The notes under the pieces: model-generated
What the model was told of the DNA's origin: nothing
Seen by the model: the letters and a program-made list of their open reading frames with translations, nothing else
The model's database searches: none
Assembly: GCA_030390025.1 (NCBI GenBank)
Contig: CM059432.1
Coordinates: forward strand, 43,464,001 to 43,528,000
Direction of reading: 5' to 3'
DNA length: 64,000 nt
DNA from: Squalus acanthias
Taxonomy: Eukaryota
Translations under genes and position numbers: made by a program
Part shown: positions 62,667-64,000 of the stretch, one piece after another
Layout of the letters: each line of letters starts with the position of its first letter
Position numbering within the stretch: position 1 is the first letter of the stretch

Positions 62667-63168
62667 CAACACTTCAGGGACACCATCTGTAAATCTGCCC
62701 ACGTACCCTCCATTGGAGATAAATGATAAATCTTTAATCCCCTTCCCTCCAGTTCATATCAAATGGGAGTTTATTGCCTTGAATTTCTATATTATTAATT
62801 CTCCAAAGAATAAATACAGACACCGTGAGTGCAGTCTAGTAGTAATAAAAAACCCTGCAGAGCTGCTCTTAATTTGATCCATACATGTGAACTCCCACAG
62901 GTGGTCCGCTGTGAGGGCAGACGCTTCCCATTAATTTTTAATCAGGTGGAAACCTGGATGTTCTGGTGGGAACAGCCATGCTCTACAAACTGGTGGGATA
63001 TCCAGCAACGAGCCATTCCCACCACTAATTTGACAGAAGAGCGATTTTCTCCTCCCCCCATTTTGGTTGTTTATTCAACTTCTCATTCAGTGAAACAAAG
63101 TACAGTGCTTTCTCTGCTATTCAATGCATAAAGCATTGTTTGAAATCATTAGACAACTCCATCCCTAT

Positions 63169-63350
63169 GGCCCAGTGGGTAAATGCACCACATGGTATAG
63201 TGCTGTGATGTGTTGACCAGAAAGGTTCCAGTTGAAATATTGGCCAGTGCTGAGTTAGCTGATCTCAGCAGCAATCTGACTGCTACAAATGGCCTCAGCA
63301 GCCTTGCTTTATGAGGGAAAAGCTCGGCCAGTGTTCCCACTGATGATTGT
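63169..63350 (+). mobile_element. Old tRNA-derived SINE-like repeat; related degenerate copies at ~8770-8865 (+) and ~36200-36490 (-)
   Basis: ggcccagtgggtaaatgca...accagaaaggttcc...gtgctgagttagctgatctcag shared between copies. Confidence 0.45.
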
Positions 63351-63377
63351 GCATAGTTGTGCCTACTAGAAGCTCAT

Positions 63378-63558
63378 GGCCTAAATTTCCATCTTCATTG
63401 CATGAGCAGTAATCTGGTGCAGTGGTTTGCCCACCATTATGGAATCCATCCAATATTCATTCCACTGAAATTAATGGAAGAAAATCGGGTGGGTTCTATA
63501 ACAGGCAGGCAATCCATTTTGCCAGATTACCGCCCAAGAGGTGGATTACAATTTACCC
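63378..63558. mobile_element. Palindromic MITE
   Basis: gcagtaatctgg...ccagattaccgc arms around ttccactgaaattaatggaa; ends ggcctaaattt / aatttaccc. Confidence 0.55.
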
Positions 63559-64000
63559 TCATATGCTTGGACCTTGAGTGAGAATTGTAAAGGCTTCCAT
63601 AGCCCAGTGACACTCACTATTCTGCTACACAACTGAGAAATGCCGACTTGAATGAACTGAATGCCTGTAGTTAACCGTTGTACCAAACCCCAGGATCAGT
63701 CACTGCCTTTAGGTTACTACCGGTAGGAGGAGAAAGCTAGAAATGGTTGGAGGAATGAGGAAAAAGTGATTTGATCGTACATCCATCCTCCAGTTTCATC
63801 CATTGTCTTAGCTGTCTTTTAATAAAAAGGTCACAAAGTAGGAGGGGATTTTCTTCTTAAATTATGTTGGTTTGCAATGCATAACTCAGGTGCTAAGTGA
63901 TAACTAATTTGGCAGGGACCCATTTCTGCCCCTGTAATAATCTTAGCATGTTACTTCCGTCCCGATGCCAGAGATGCCTGCCCAAAAATGCACGGGCATA

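Overview
This window is vertebrate genomic DNA, most likely from a cartilaginous fish (shark); that is inferred from the SacSINE1/DeuSINE-like SINEs and the abundant CR1/L2/Penelope elements. The only host gene is the 3' part of RUNX1T1 (ETO/MTG8) on the + strand. Its seven coding exons (3071-3252, 3860-4110, 4481-4566, 5012-5210, 5890-5955, 10490-10680, 20767-21042) have canonical AG/GT sites and consistent phases, encode NHR2, NHR3 and the MYND finger, and are followed by a ~2.6 kb TE-free 3'UTR. The rest is intronic or intergenic and packed with nested transposons: CR1, L2, a degenerate L1, Penelope-like elements, DeuSINEs, a two-gene PIF/Harbinger transposon with its non-autonomous derivatives, and many MITEs. 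Three observations stand out. (1) A TSD-bounded hAT element (971-2859, 8-bp TSD TGCTACAG) carries a captured fragment of the 5' coding exon of TPP2, i.e. a Pack-hAT-like gene capture. (2) A Penelope element carries an apparently complete minimal hammerhead ribozyme, and a separate 38-nt Penelope insert begins exactly at the predicted cleavage position. (3) A Harbinger family has inserted in pairs into CR1 LINEs at related target sites. Family names come from recognition of motifs, not database searches.
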